Both the position numbers and the translations under genes were made by a program. Under the pieces are notes generated by a model. The model did not search any database and was not told where the DNA came from. It saw only the letters and a program-made list of their open reading frames with translations. Positions 23,996 to 34,963 of a DNA stretch of 64,000 nucleotides are shown piece after piece (the first letter of the stretch is position 1; each line of letters opens with the position of its first letter). The stretch is taken from NCBI GenBank assembly GCA_040285855.1, contig JAUFOQ010000003.1, positions 1,798,001 to 1,862,000 of the forward strand, given 5' to 3'. Origin of the DNA: Eukaryota sp. GEM-RC1. Its lineage: Eukaryota.

Positions 23996-24227
23996 GAGAG
24001 TCAGGATTAATGAGTCAGTTGTGTCGGTTTCATGCAATTCAATTATCTAGAATTCAATTCAGAGTTCTATGGATGCAACTTCTGTCATTGAAGTACTATG
24101 TACAGTGTAGTAATTCTCCCAAACATTCTCTCAATATCTGAACTTATTGAACATCGCAGTATACCAAAAGATCTCCGTTCTCATGTTTTCAAGATGCCCT
24201 TCCTCTCAATGAGGCTTACTTGGTGCC

Positions 24228-25533
24228 ATGACTGTACGACTCTCTCTACTTATCACTGCCGTTCTTATTCTCCTTCAGGTGATCGAAACTCACTCTTCCG
24301 AATGGCATGTAATGTTTCCTGATCTACCACCCTTTCCGAACTCCGATATAGACACGTTTTATGGTCGGTTATCATCTATTGTGAACAAAACATCTCCTGC
24401 TCCCATTGAAGATGATCATCAGAATGATGATCCACCTAGTCCTTCCGATCCTCTTCCAGAAGATCCTGTTATTCCTGACACTGGAGATCCTACACCTGTT
24501 GAACCTGTAGACAAAGATCAAGACGAAGATTCATCTGATTCTGTAGACAATGAAGATCCTACACCTGTTGAACCTGTAGACGAAGATCAAGACCAAGATT
24601 CATCTGATTCTGTAGACACTGGAGATCCTACACCTGTTGAACCTGTAGACGAAGATCAAGACCAAGATTCATCTGATTCTGTAGACACTGGAGATCCTAC
24701 ACCTGTTGAACCTGTAGACGAAGATCAAGACCAAGATTCATCTGATCCTGTCGATGATTCTGATTCCAATACCGGACCTTTTGATCCTCACACAGACTTA
24801 GCTCCTCCCCCATGGTCGTCTATAGACGTCGAAGTTCATCACCAATGGCTGTACATTCAACTCCCCTGCAGCGAATCACTCCTATGTCATTGCATACTCT
24901 CACGACAAGGGAAAGGCTTTCGAGGAGCACACTCTTGAGTCAAACGTCCTCAACATTACTGCCGATCCAGGATCTGCTGTCCACATCAAAGTTCGTTCCA
25001 CCTTTGAAGAGTTTAGCTCATCCTACTCATCACTACAAGTATTCCACGTTCCTCTTCCCGCTCCTTCTTCTATGAGTGTTTCTGTGGAATATGGAAGCTC
25101 TGTCCCATCCATCAAAGCATCCTGGAGCTGTGTTCCCAAGGCGTCCTTCTATTACGTGTCACTTTTCAATGATGACTCTCTTCTACAGAACAAATCTTCC
25201 AATGAATGTTTCCTCGTCTTTGAAGAAGATCTCGAACCAGACCAAAAGCTTTCGGTAGTCATTCAGGGCGTAAGTTCAGCTGAAGTAGTTGGAGTTTCCT
25301 CAAGTCCCTTCTTCTTTGAACTACATCCTCCCGTTGTTAAAAACACTCCTCGTTTTGGAGACAACTCTGCTATCTTGATGGTGGGAGGTCTTTTATTGGG
25401 AGCATCATTGGCTGGACTTTTGACTGGTTGTTATGTAAGAAGAAGTCGTCATCGCCGACGTTTGATCAGTCGTCAATATATTGTAAGCGTCCCTCTAACT
25501 CCTCTAGATACTCCTCAAAATATTGAAGAGTAG
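24228..25533 (+). CDS. Type I membrane surface protein: signal peptide, acidic 23-aa repeats, beta-rich (FN3-like) ectodomain, TM helix; frameshifted
   Basis: MTVRLSLLITAVLILLQV leader; four DTGDPTPVEPVDEDQDQDSSDSV-type repeats; ILMVGGLLLGASLAGLLTGCYV followed by RRSRHRRR. Confidence 0.7.
24477..24755 (+). repeat. 69-bp coding tandem repeat (x4)
   Basis: GATCCTACACCTGTTGAACCTGTAGAC recurs every 69 bp. Confidence 0.9.
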
Positions 25534-26335
25534 TTCATTTATAATAAAAGTGTTTTTGTGTTAGAAAAGGTGTTTCAATTGCACATATACTTTTCCAATG
25601 CATTGGTGTCAATAACTGCAACTTAACAACACAAGATCCTTTAGAATTGAATGCTTTCAAGAATGTACACTCAAAGGAAGAAAGTTGACTCTCCATCCCT
25701 TGGAGAGGTTGTTGACTAGCTGAGGATCACGAACTTTGTTGTGATTCTTGTGATTTTCGGAATCAGCTACACATTTTGTTATCATCACTTTTTATTACGT
25801 GTATTTGTACTCATCTAATGTATATCATAAATAAAACAGATATTTCTTGATAAAGATGACAATCTTTCATTTACCAGACACACAAATACAAGTAACCTTC
25901 AACATTAGACAACTCAAACATAAAACAAACACCAAATCCCTAGAAAACTGGGGGAAAAGATAGCCCATTGCGAAATCATTTGGTAATAAACATCACAATG
26001 AATTCAAATTACAAATCAAATCTGAATACACACATCATGACGTTATCACGTTGTTGCAATGATGCAGACTACTCAATAGTCTGAAAAATGTACAAATGAA
26101 TACTGAATTCAAACCAAAGATCTGTAATCAATTCTGGTCCAACAGATGTAAACATACTAACCTGAAAAGAAACCTCGAATTAACATACTAACCAATACTT
26201 ACCAACAAGTTGAACCTTCAAAGGTGATATAAGAAGATATACACATACTCATACTTGATGGCCATCAGCGATCTGTTCAAACAAATACAACATTATTTGA
26301 ATTAAACAGAGACTAAAAAGACATTAATTAATCGA

Positions 26336-27615
26336 TTAAATATTCAATGAGTTAAACATAAGCAATCCAGATACATATGGATGATTTAACAACTTTTCAA
26401 ACGATTTGTTTCGAATGATCTGATTTTGATCTGATTCAAGTTCAATTACGGTATCCTTCTCAATAAACTCATCACGGAACTCCTCCAAAAGTTGAGGTGA
26501 TAGGAATTGAGATCGTTCATTCGGATCATCCCACCTTAGTCTAAATACGTTAGACAGAGTGCATCGGATACTGTTTGGGAAAGAATTGAAGAGGAAAAGG
26601 AAATCAATTGCTTGTTCTCGACCAAAATCATCATTAGTTAAGGAGATTTCGTAGTTCTGTAAATCAATACAGTCAAATAAATCAAAGTGATGTGAGTCGG
26701 AGTCGAACTCAGGACCAATCGGTATGTCATTCACAAATGAAAAGTGTCCCTCAACAATTGATAATCCTTTACAGACACCAATTGTAACAGTTTCATGTTG
26801 AAATCTCCACCGACAACAACAGGATAATTAGAAAAGGTAGTAAACACTTCACACATCTTCAATAAAGTAACAGTGTAACAAAGTTTCTCTTTGGTCATTC
26901 TTTTACCATGGTAATTCCAGAAAATAAATCTATCTTCTGTAATAGAATGTTCTACTAACAAGACAATAGATCGATCTAGAACTGTTCCAATGTAGCTAGC
27001 ATTTACATCAATACCCTGTTCACGGAACAAATCAGAAAACCTACAAACTCTTTTCTGATCATTGTAACATAGGGCGATATCTCCATTAGCTGGCAGGTCC
27101 AACTGTTCCAGAACATTGAAAATTGAAGAGAGAATGGTGGAAGAAGAACGGTTGGTTGATCCCATAACTCTTTTAGAAACTCCAGTATAAGAACCAGGAA
27201 AAAAGTCTGGGTTAAGAATCTTATTGACAATGTGGTTCACACTAGCTCCTTCTTGTATGAAGAGAACGTCTGGAGGTCTAGCTGAGAGAACTTCCGTGAT
27301 GAGTTTGTCTGTGAGTTGTTTTTGATCATGAGAAAGGCGATCACCGATGTTCCATGAACCAATGGTATAAGAATGAGAATACGAACGACCAAAGGAGGAC
27401 AGAGTATTAGAACAAGAATTCTGGGACTTGTAGTTCGAAATGGGAGATATTGTGAGATTAGACAGATCATCAAGGACTTCTGTGAAACGATTACTTGGAA
27501 GTGGTGATGAAATAGTGTTGTTTAAGATGTCTTGTTCATATGTAATGGGAAGTGGTGTGTATGAAGTGGTGTTTCTCTTTGATCTAAACAGCCCGCAACA
27601 AAGAGAGTTGCCCAT
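26336..27615 (-). CDS. Endonuclease/exonuclease/phosphatase (EEP) family protein with N-terminal acylation motif; 1-nt shift near 26740
   Basis: MGNSLCCG start; IGSWNI, DVLFIQE, NYHG, VVVGGDFN, AIDFLF, LNHPYV. Confidence 0.72.
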
Positions 27616-28087
27616 CAATAGAAAAAGTGGCTTTCTCTTTACTCTACACGAAATTAATACAGTAACTGTCAATGGTTTGAGACACATGCCTTGACTACCG
27701 CAGTTGATAGTATTTTATCTTGAGTCATTTGGGTAAGTCAAGGCAAACTTGGAAATGACTTTGATCAAATCAATCGACTTTTGACCTGAATCGTTTGATA
27801 GTTGTAGCTTCATACAAACAATTTTTATACACCATTTCCTCTAAAAAGATAAGGAATAGTCTACACCAATCTAGCAATCGGAACGGGTTCCAAATTCGAT
27901 AAAAGGGAAAAATATTCTGTAAAATTGAAATTATCAAACATGGGTCTAGAACAATGTGCGCAAATCTTTGGTACGTACTGATTTTGTTTATCCGTACCGA
28001 TGTGATTTGATTTCATTTGAAGCCTATTTATGAATGACCTAAAATGATTTACAAATACAAATATTGGAGTGGATGTTTATTCCCTCG

Positions 28088-28971
28088 TAGACCTGTGCAC
28101 GACTCGACTCGACTCAACTCGACTAGAAATTTATCTGAGTCGACTCGACTCGGCTCTACGAATCGTGTAGTCGACTCGACTCGACTAATTATTTATCTGA
28201 GTCGACTCGACTCGGCTTTGAGTCGACTCGAGTCGACTATTGAGTAGCGACAGTAACAATAGCCCAATCATTGAAATTCATTCGTCTAAATAAATGCAAA
28301 ATGCAGGATTTTTTTATAACAAGAAACAAGAAAAGCTATTAGTATACAGTCTATAAGTACTGAAGTAGCCTATAACGCAAATTCATCACCAAGAAAGATG
28401 CTCCATGACTGCAAACATGCAGATGCTCTAATATTTTCGTCACTCAAAGAACGAGAAAACTCATGGTGGGGTACGATTCTCCCGAAATAGCTTCAGTGAC
28501 AGCGAAGAACGGTTTAAGCAGTTCTAGGCCTTGATTGAGAGTAGATTTCTCATCTGGAGAAAGAGCTGAATTCTACAGGTCTTTGTTGGAGGTAAACACT
28601 CAAAGAGCAGAAACAAGAAACTGGTTTAACAGAAATCATTTGAGCACTACATGTAGTAACGTTGTTAGTATACTACACTTGATTTTTTTTAACCACAAAG
28701 ACGAAAGTCAATTGGTGTTGTTTCAGTATTCAATCTTGAACTATTTAATGGAAGATAATATATATAAACCACATGTGGGATAATTTGATGCAACGTAATA
28801 AATGACTTGAGTCGACTCGACTCGGCTCAGACATTGTTTAAGTCGACTCGACTCGACTTGGGAAAGAGATGAGTCGACTCGACTCAACTGCACTTTTTTA
28901 CGAGTCGACTCGACTCAACTGATGTAGCGGAGTCGACTTAGTCGACTATTTGAGTCGATTGCACAGGTCTA
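28088..28971 (-). mobile_element. hAT non-autonomous element (same family as 21789-23320, opposite orientation)
   Basis: TIR TAGACCTGTGCA; perfect 8-bp TSD TTCCCTCG; 28088-28446 is the reverse complement of ~22960-23320. Confidence 0.92.
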
Positions 28972-28991
28972 TTCCCTCGTCAAACATAGTA

Positions 28992-29838
28992 CAGTCTACC
29001 CTGGATATAGTGCGCTACTTTATATAGTGCGCCCTGGATGTAGTGTCGCATTTTTCACTGCCAGACATTTTGTCTCCTCCAACTCTGTTGGTATATCATA
29101 TCTCCTTCTGTCGTGCCATGTTCTCTTTTGGTGCATTCCATCACTTTTGTTATAGTCTTCTTCCATCAATAAACTTCATCGCGTTATCCTTTCTCAATAT
29201 GAGACTACATCAATAGTTGCTTCCGTGATCTTTGTGGACGTTACTCTTTATATGAGACAACTTCTTTTCTTCAATGAGAGCATCTCAGTTTTTCTCTTTG
29301 ACATCTCCTCTCTCTATTGATATAGAAGGAACAGATGTCATTAACAATGCATTGGGTGTCCATTTTGCTGATATTGAGAAGAATTCTGAGAATCACCTCT
29401 TCCTCAGAGAATGGTGGGCTTTTAATGGGTTTGAGGTGCTTCAGTACTTTGTACGCACCACTTCCTGTCGTAAGTTACTTGAAAACTACGCTTGTGAGGT
29501 TTTGGGAACCGTCTGACCTTTTCACAACTTCACTCTTATCTTCATCATGTTGAATCGGCAGAGAACTAAGTGTTGCTAAGTCAATGGATTAGGAATCTGG
29601 ATGTACACACTTTCACGGCAAACCACCCTCATAAAATTACACGAACACTACTCCCGGTCTTCAGCTGTTCCGAAACCGTGACCTTGCTCATCTTCTAGAC
29701 AAACGTACTGAGAACCTAGTTTATAAACAATAAAGACCATAGATGCAATGATCATCGTGCACAAGCATTTTACTCTATATAGTGCGCTTTTGGATATAGT
29801 GCGTACCAAAATGAGCGCACTATATCCAGGGTAGACTG
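28992..29838. mobile_element. pogo/Tigger-type non-autonomous element
   Basis: Perfect 25-bp TIR CAGTCTACCCTGGATATAGTGCGCT, TA TSD, subterminal ATAGTGCGC repeats. Confidence 0.9.
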
Positions 29839-30501
29839 TACTATTGCAATTGACTTCTGTGCATTCTAATAGTTTAGACACAAATTTTTCGGTTTTTGGG
29901 CTCTTTGTTATGGTATATTTCGTAGTACTCACTCGTTTATTGCAATGTAAGTTTAAGATGATATTGTATGTGATTGCTAATTTTATGTGATTCCTGAGCT
30001 TCGTGTGAACTAATGTCATTTTGGAAAAGTTGTGGCCATCAATGATGTACCCCAAATTTGACTGAGTGTAACAATCGTGATCTTGATATCCTGAGCCATG
30101 TCTAACAGTTGAATACATGACGATGGTAACTGTTAAAATCTCACATGTCAAAATAGTAATAATGTATTTTAGTCGGTCAAAGTACAGTACCGGTACGGAA
30201 CATTTGCGTTCCATGGTCTAGAAAATCAATTTGCAAATAATCTTAGAAGACATGATCTATCCTGCAAGTCAAAATGTCAATTGATCATCCCATTTTCACT
30301 GCAATGCTTCCACAACTACAGTTGGATCGCCGTTAAAAGTCCATCAACAGTGTTTACTGTATGTATTCAATACCGTTGCCCAATAAAAGAAAGCCCACAT
30401 TAAATAAAATTGAGTACAAATGTGAACAGAAAAGAAATCTTTTTGACAGAAAATAAACAACTCTTGATGGATCAAGGGTGCTATTTACAATAAAATATAA
30501 A

Positions 30502-31557
30502 CTAATTGAAAACATCTAACGCCTGTTGCACTGCGGGTGGAATAGTCTGGTCATATGACGCCAGCATAGTATCAATTTGTTTTTGATCAATTGAAGTCTC
30601 CCTTATAAGAAAATGATCAACATGTCGTAGATACACAGATTCCTCGTCTTTCAGAAACGCGTTCAGCTCATAGCAATAATCCCATAGCAATTCCTCTCGG
30701 CCTTCTGGTTTGGCAGCCTGTAACGCGTCTAGAATGGTTTTAAGAGTCTGAATACGCTTTTGATACAGTTTCAATGGACGAAACTCGTGAGTGATACGTC
30801 CAAGATTTACAGGAAATGAATGTATACTGTACGCGAACTTCAAATAGAAGGAATGAACATAGTTACTGAAAAACTGGAGCAATTGGCTGAACTCAAAAGG
30901 TGTTTCATCATAAAATGACTCTGCAATATTCAGGACTTTATAGATCACCGCCGTACACTGCGTCATCCTGGACGAAACATAAGAGGGAACAATGGGAACT
31001 GTAGGGGGAACCTTGGTGTAGGTCAGATCAATGTTAGGGTCAAAGTCAGGGCGATTGGCAAAGTCAGTGTAGGCTTCTTCCACAAAAGCCTCTAAAGCAC
31101 GAACCTTTGGTGTTACATAAGACAGCATGCGTTTTTGCAACATTTCAAGATCAAAGTCTCCAATAAACACCATGAGAGAGGGAAAAACCATGGATTCTTC
31201 AGCTGATCCATGTAGACCACTTAATGCTACGTATTCATGAACCAATTCAAGGAAAACAGTATGGTTCTTCCGGTACTCTTCACACATAGAAGCGTGAAGC
31301 GACTTCAGTTTGGCGTGTTGATCCTTAATAGTCAGTACTCTGTCAACAAGAGGCGACAGTTCGACTACATAATCTGAGAGAGCCTCTTCTTCACAATCAC
31401 AGTGGAAAGAGAGGCAATAGTGACCGATAAAGTCAAGATAAGGTTGAAGGTCGGCACCATTCTGTGGATATGATCGTATTAGATGCTGAAAAACATCCAT
31501 GGCTTTGTATATGACCAAATGCTGTCGCTTAAGTTCATCTGCGAGATCCAGATTCAT
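30502..31557 (-). CDS. Hemerythrin-like (HHE) domain protein, copy 2
   Basis: Colinear close paralog of 14546..15601 with the same H/E motifs; upstream homology extends ~430 bp. Confidence 0.78.
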   Translation of the reverse strand: MNLDLADELKRQHLVIYKAMDVFQHLIRSYPQNGADLQPYLDFIGHYCLSFHCDCEEEALSDYVVELSPLVDRVLTIKDQHAKLKSLHASMCEEYRKNHTVFLELVHEYVALSGLHGSAEESMVFPSLMVFIGDFDLEMLQKRMLSYVTPKVRALEAFVEEAYTDFANRPDFDPNIDLTYTKVPPTVPIVPSYVSSRMTQCTAVIYKVLNIAESFYDETPFEFSQLLQFFSNYVHSFYLKFAYSIHSFPVNLGRITHEFRPLKLYQKRIQTLKTILDALQAAKPEGREELLWDYCYELNAFLKDEESVYLRHVDHFLIRETSIDQKQIDTMLASYDQTIPPAVQQALDVFN

Positions 31558-32015
31558 CAGTGATTGGGAGATCCAGTTTTCTATTTTTGTTTAGTCGAAG
31601 ATCAAAACTCGGTGTTTTAGTTCAAAATTGTCTTCTGAGCCACAATTGTTCTCTTCTCCCTTCTGAAATGAACTTGGAAGTCATAGACCCCATATTCGCT
31701 CCATCGTTCTAATGATAAATTACTCTGAATCGCAGTAGGCACACGTCTATAATTCTACAGTGTTTCTCTCAATTACTTCGTTAGTGGCCCTCATCTATAT
31801 GTATTTTTTATTACTTGTGTCATGTTAGAGGAATTTCAGTTCACTAAACAATTTTGAAGCGGTAGCCCTTTAACATCAACCCTGTTTCTCGTTTTCTCGG
31901 ATCTGAAGTGCGGATGAATGTGCTAGGGAGCGTCACGTTCAGTAATACATGTTAAGTAAATCAGAATTTTCTCTCAACATTCTAGGTGGATTGACGACAG
32001 TGACACAAAATGAAA

Positions 32016-32670
32016 TGCAAAAACAAACAAATAATACTAAGATTAAATCCAAACGACTTCATCACCACCCGGTAAAAGATTACGTTTTTCAACATTAACC
32101 TTCACACCAATCTTGTACAATTTCTCAATTTATTGAGAGAAATAGAAAGGCATATTCCGAGAAATGGACAACACTACACGGTTTTTCCATTCAGCCGTTC
32201 TAAACTTACGCTTCTTCTCTTCACACAGTTCATCGTAATCCTTGAAAAATTGTTCACCAGCAGGAATAATCGATCCAAAAAGAGAAACAGCAAAAGGTCG
32301 AAACACAAATTTGGAATATGAGTTTCGATTTAATTCCTCCACTTGAGAGACATACTTGGAGTGTTTGAGCTTGGCAGCAGCTGTTAACGGATTAAAAGAA
32401 GAATCTAATATACTAATCCTTCTAACACATGATTTGTTACAAACATGTACTGTAGAAAAATCCATTAATGATTGACTCGATTTAAGCCACGGAGTATGGA
32501 GATCCCCTCTTTTTTTATCAGTAAATTCATTTTCTGAAAGGTGATTCAAAACTGGTTCAACTTTAGAGTCAAAACCATCTGCTTTAAAGATGGATTAGCA
32601 AGAATCACGTACACCATCATGAAATACTGCACGTAGATGAATAAAATAACGACAATTAATTGACGAAAAA
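32016..32670 (-). mobile_element. RLE non-LTR retrotransposon 3' fragment (family A)
   Basis: HLSENEF..DFSTVHVC..AAAKLKHSKY..FVFRPFAVSLFGSI..EWKNRVVLSI; 3' end shared with the copy at 3050. Confidence 0.75.
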
Positions 32671-32760
32671 CATCATTAGCTCCACAAAAACAAGTTGAAG
32701 AAGTTGTTATAGTATTGTGTTATAACTACAATGTAGTTGCGCTGAATAGCAGACCAAAAA

Positions 32761-32834
32761 TGCCACCCCGCGGATTTGAACCACGGACCTTACGATCTTC
32801 AGTCGTACGCTCTAACCATCTGAGCTAGGGCGGC
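32761..32834 (-). tRNA. trnF-GAA: tRNA-Phe (GAA)
   Basis: GCCGCCC/GGGTGGC acceptor stem, TAGCTCAGATGG D-arm, TACGA-CTGAAGA-TCGTA anticodon arm, GGTTCAAATCC T-arm, downstream T5 terminator. Confidence 0.96.
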
Positions 32835-33962
32835 TTCTTCAAAACATGTTACAAAAAAAAATGGTGTCGAAAAATACTGGTGGAAAATAATGTTGGTGTA
32901 TTTGTCAGGAGACTCAAAAATTGCGCCATTTTATTTCGGTATATTATAGTATATAAACAAATATCAACTTTCTCCGAAAAATGATGGTGGGAAATAATGT
33001 TGGTGCTCTGGCTGAGATTTTTGCCAAAAAAACGATTTATTCGGTCCAACATTTTTCGGAACACGTTACTGTATTTTCAAAAACGTTGGGTGGAAAAACA
33101 GTGAATCATCTTTTCCCAAAAAGGACATTTCTTCTGCCACCATTAGGCAAACTTCTAAGAACCCATTGTGGAAGCTTGTCACAGTCAAGGTTATCAAGAA
33201 AGAACTTGCGGATATCAGGTGTAATGGTTGTCAACCATAGAGATGGACTATGCCAAAGAGGAAGGAAAACAAGACGAAGTGACGAGTAACATAGTTTGTG
33301 ACACCGTCTATTGTTGAGTTAGATGTTTGTACAACAGGATATATAATTTAGATTCGATAATGTTTTCAATCACTTTTCTGGGGATTCAGGTATCGGGCTG
33401 AGGTATTCGGTATTTTGGTATTTTGGTAGGTATTAGGTATTCTTTTTATTGGTATATAGGTATCCACAACTATGATCTAAATGTATATGAGATTTTGCCT
33501 TTCCATTTTTTTCAATTTTGATTTTGTCATCTTATACGGTCTTTGTCGGTACTTAGACTGACAAATATCATGCGGAAATGGATTAACAAATTCAAAAATG
33601 AAATTTGTTCTATCCCCTTAAAAAGCAGATTTTCAAAGAATTAACGATTTAAACATCTCCCAAATGAGCTGAGGTCAAGAAGTGACTTCTAAGCCAATAT
33701 AAAAAAATTGCATCAACTTCTAACAATGATACAAAAAATTAATCCTCAACTCGTTAAAAGATCTACAAAAATTGAGAGAGATCGAAGGGGCCGAAGATCT
33801 CAAGAGATGTGTTTTTTTAAAAAAATGCAAGAATTCGAATTCTCCACATCAACACGGATTTTGGTCCTAAGCATCTTAGAATTAATTGATTTTCTTAAAC
33901 CTAATGGACCAGTAATACCAAAAAGTGTAATTAATTTTAAATGAAACGAAAAACATAATGAG

Positions 33963-34719
33963 CTTTACATCAGCAACGACAAAAAATATATATACTTATT
34001 GTATTGTTTATTTTTTGATCGAACAATAAATATATTGTCCAATCAAATATTGTATTGTATTGTAGGTATATTGTGAGAAAAAACAATAAATAACAATACA
34101 ATATTTCTGCTTTATTGAAAGCTGTTATCAATCTGAATAATTGCTTTTTACACGTGCAACTTCACTTTCTGCTTCCCAAGTCCTAACATAGGACCCTGTA
34201 TGCTGATTTCTGGTAGTAGGAAATGCCAAAATTGACTTTGGGACTTTAAAATCGATTAGGACGATCAGTGAGAGTGATCTGTGTTCTACTAAAAAAGTTG
34301 TCAATGTCTTAACTGGACGAGAGTGTGAATAATAGATCATTTGTGCTGTCTGGTTCTAAAGAGTCTGAGCTCTGTTAATTTCCTTTAATTGTTGCTCAGA
34401 AGACAGACCATCACAATTTTGGGTAATATTAATTTATACAAGTTCGTTCATCAGAGGATTCCTAATGAACAACTGGGGGTTACACATCTTCCAATAGTTT
34501 GGTTCTAATGTGAAGAACAATGACGTTGTCAGATATGTCATTCTTGTTATAGTTGCACAAAATGACAAATATTGTATTGTGTTATTGTACAATATACTGT
34601 TTATTGTGGACTCGAACAATTAATATATTGTTGCAAAAACACAATACAATAAAATACTAATATCACAATATATTGTATTGTAACAATACAATATATTGTT
34701 TGTCGTTGCTGATATAAAG
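33963..34719. mobile_element. TIR non-autonomous element (superfamily unclear)
   Basis: Inverted ends CTTTA(C/T)ATCAGCAACGACAAA; ATTGTATTG subterminal repeats; no clear TSD. Confidence 0.65.
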
Positions 34720-34963
34720 GACTCCACATCACTGTGGAAAACTTACCTAAATCCATGAAGCAATCTAATTGACATCATCCATGGTGTCGTCGTAATGTTT
34801 TTGTGGCAGCTCCAATTGGCTTTTTAAGAGCTCGTCACCGTTAAAAGATCCCCTAACGGACAATCAATACACATAGCACGTCCAGAAACGGTTGAAGTGC
34901 AAGTAAGTGCCAATCCTATCGACACTGTGATAATCTTGTGAAATTTCTTCCAGTTTTACTAGT

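Noticed and set aside
32016..32834. tRNA-targeted retrotransposon insertion
   Set aside because: One family A fragment lies ~90 bp downstream of tRNA-Phe, but the other copies in the window have no adjacent tRNA.
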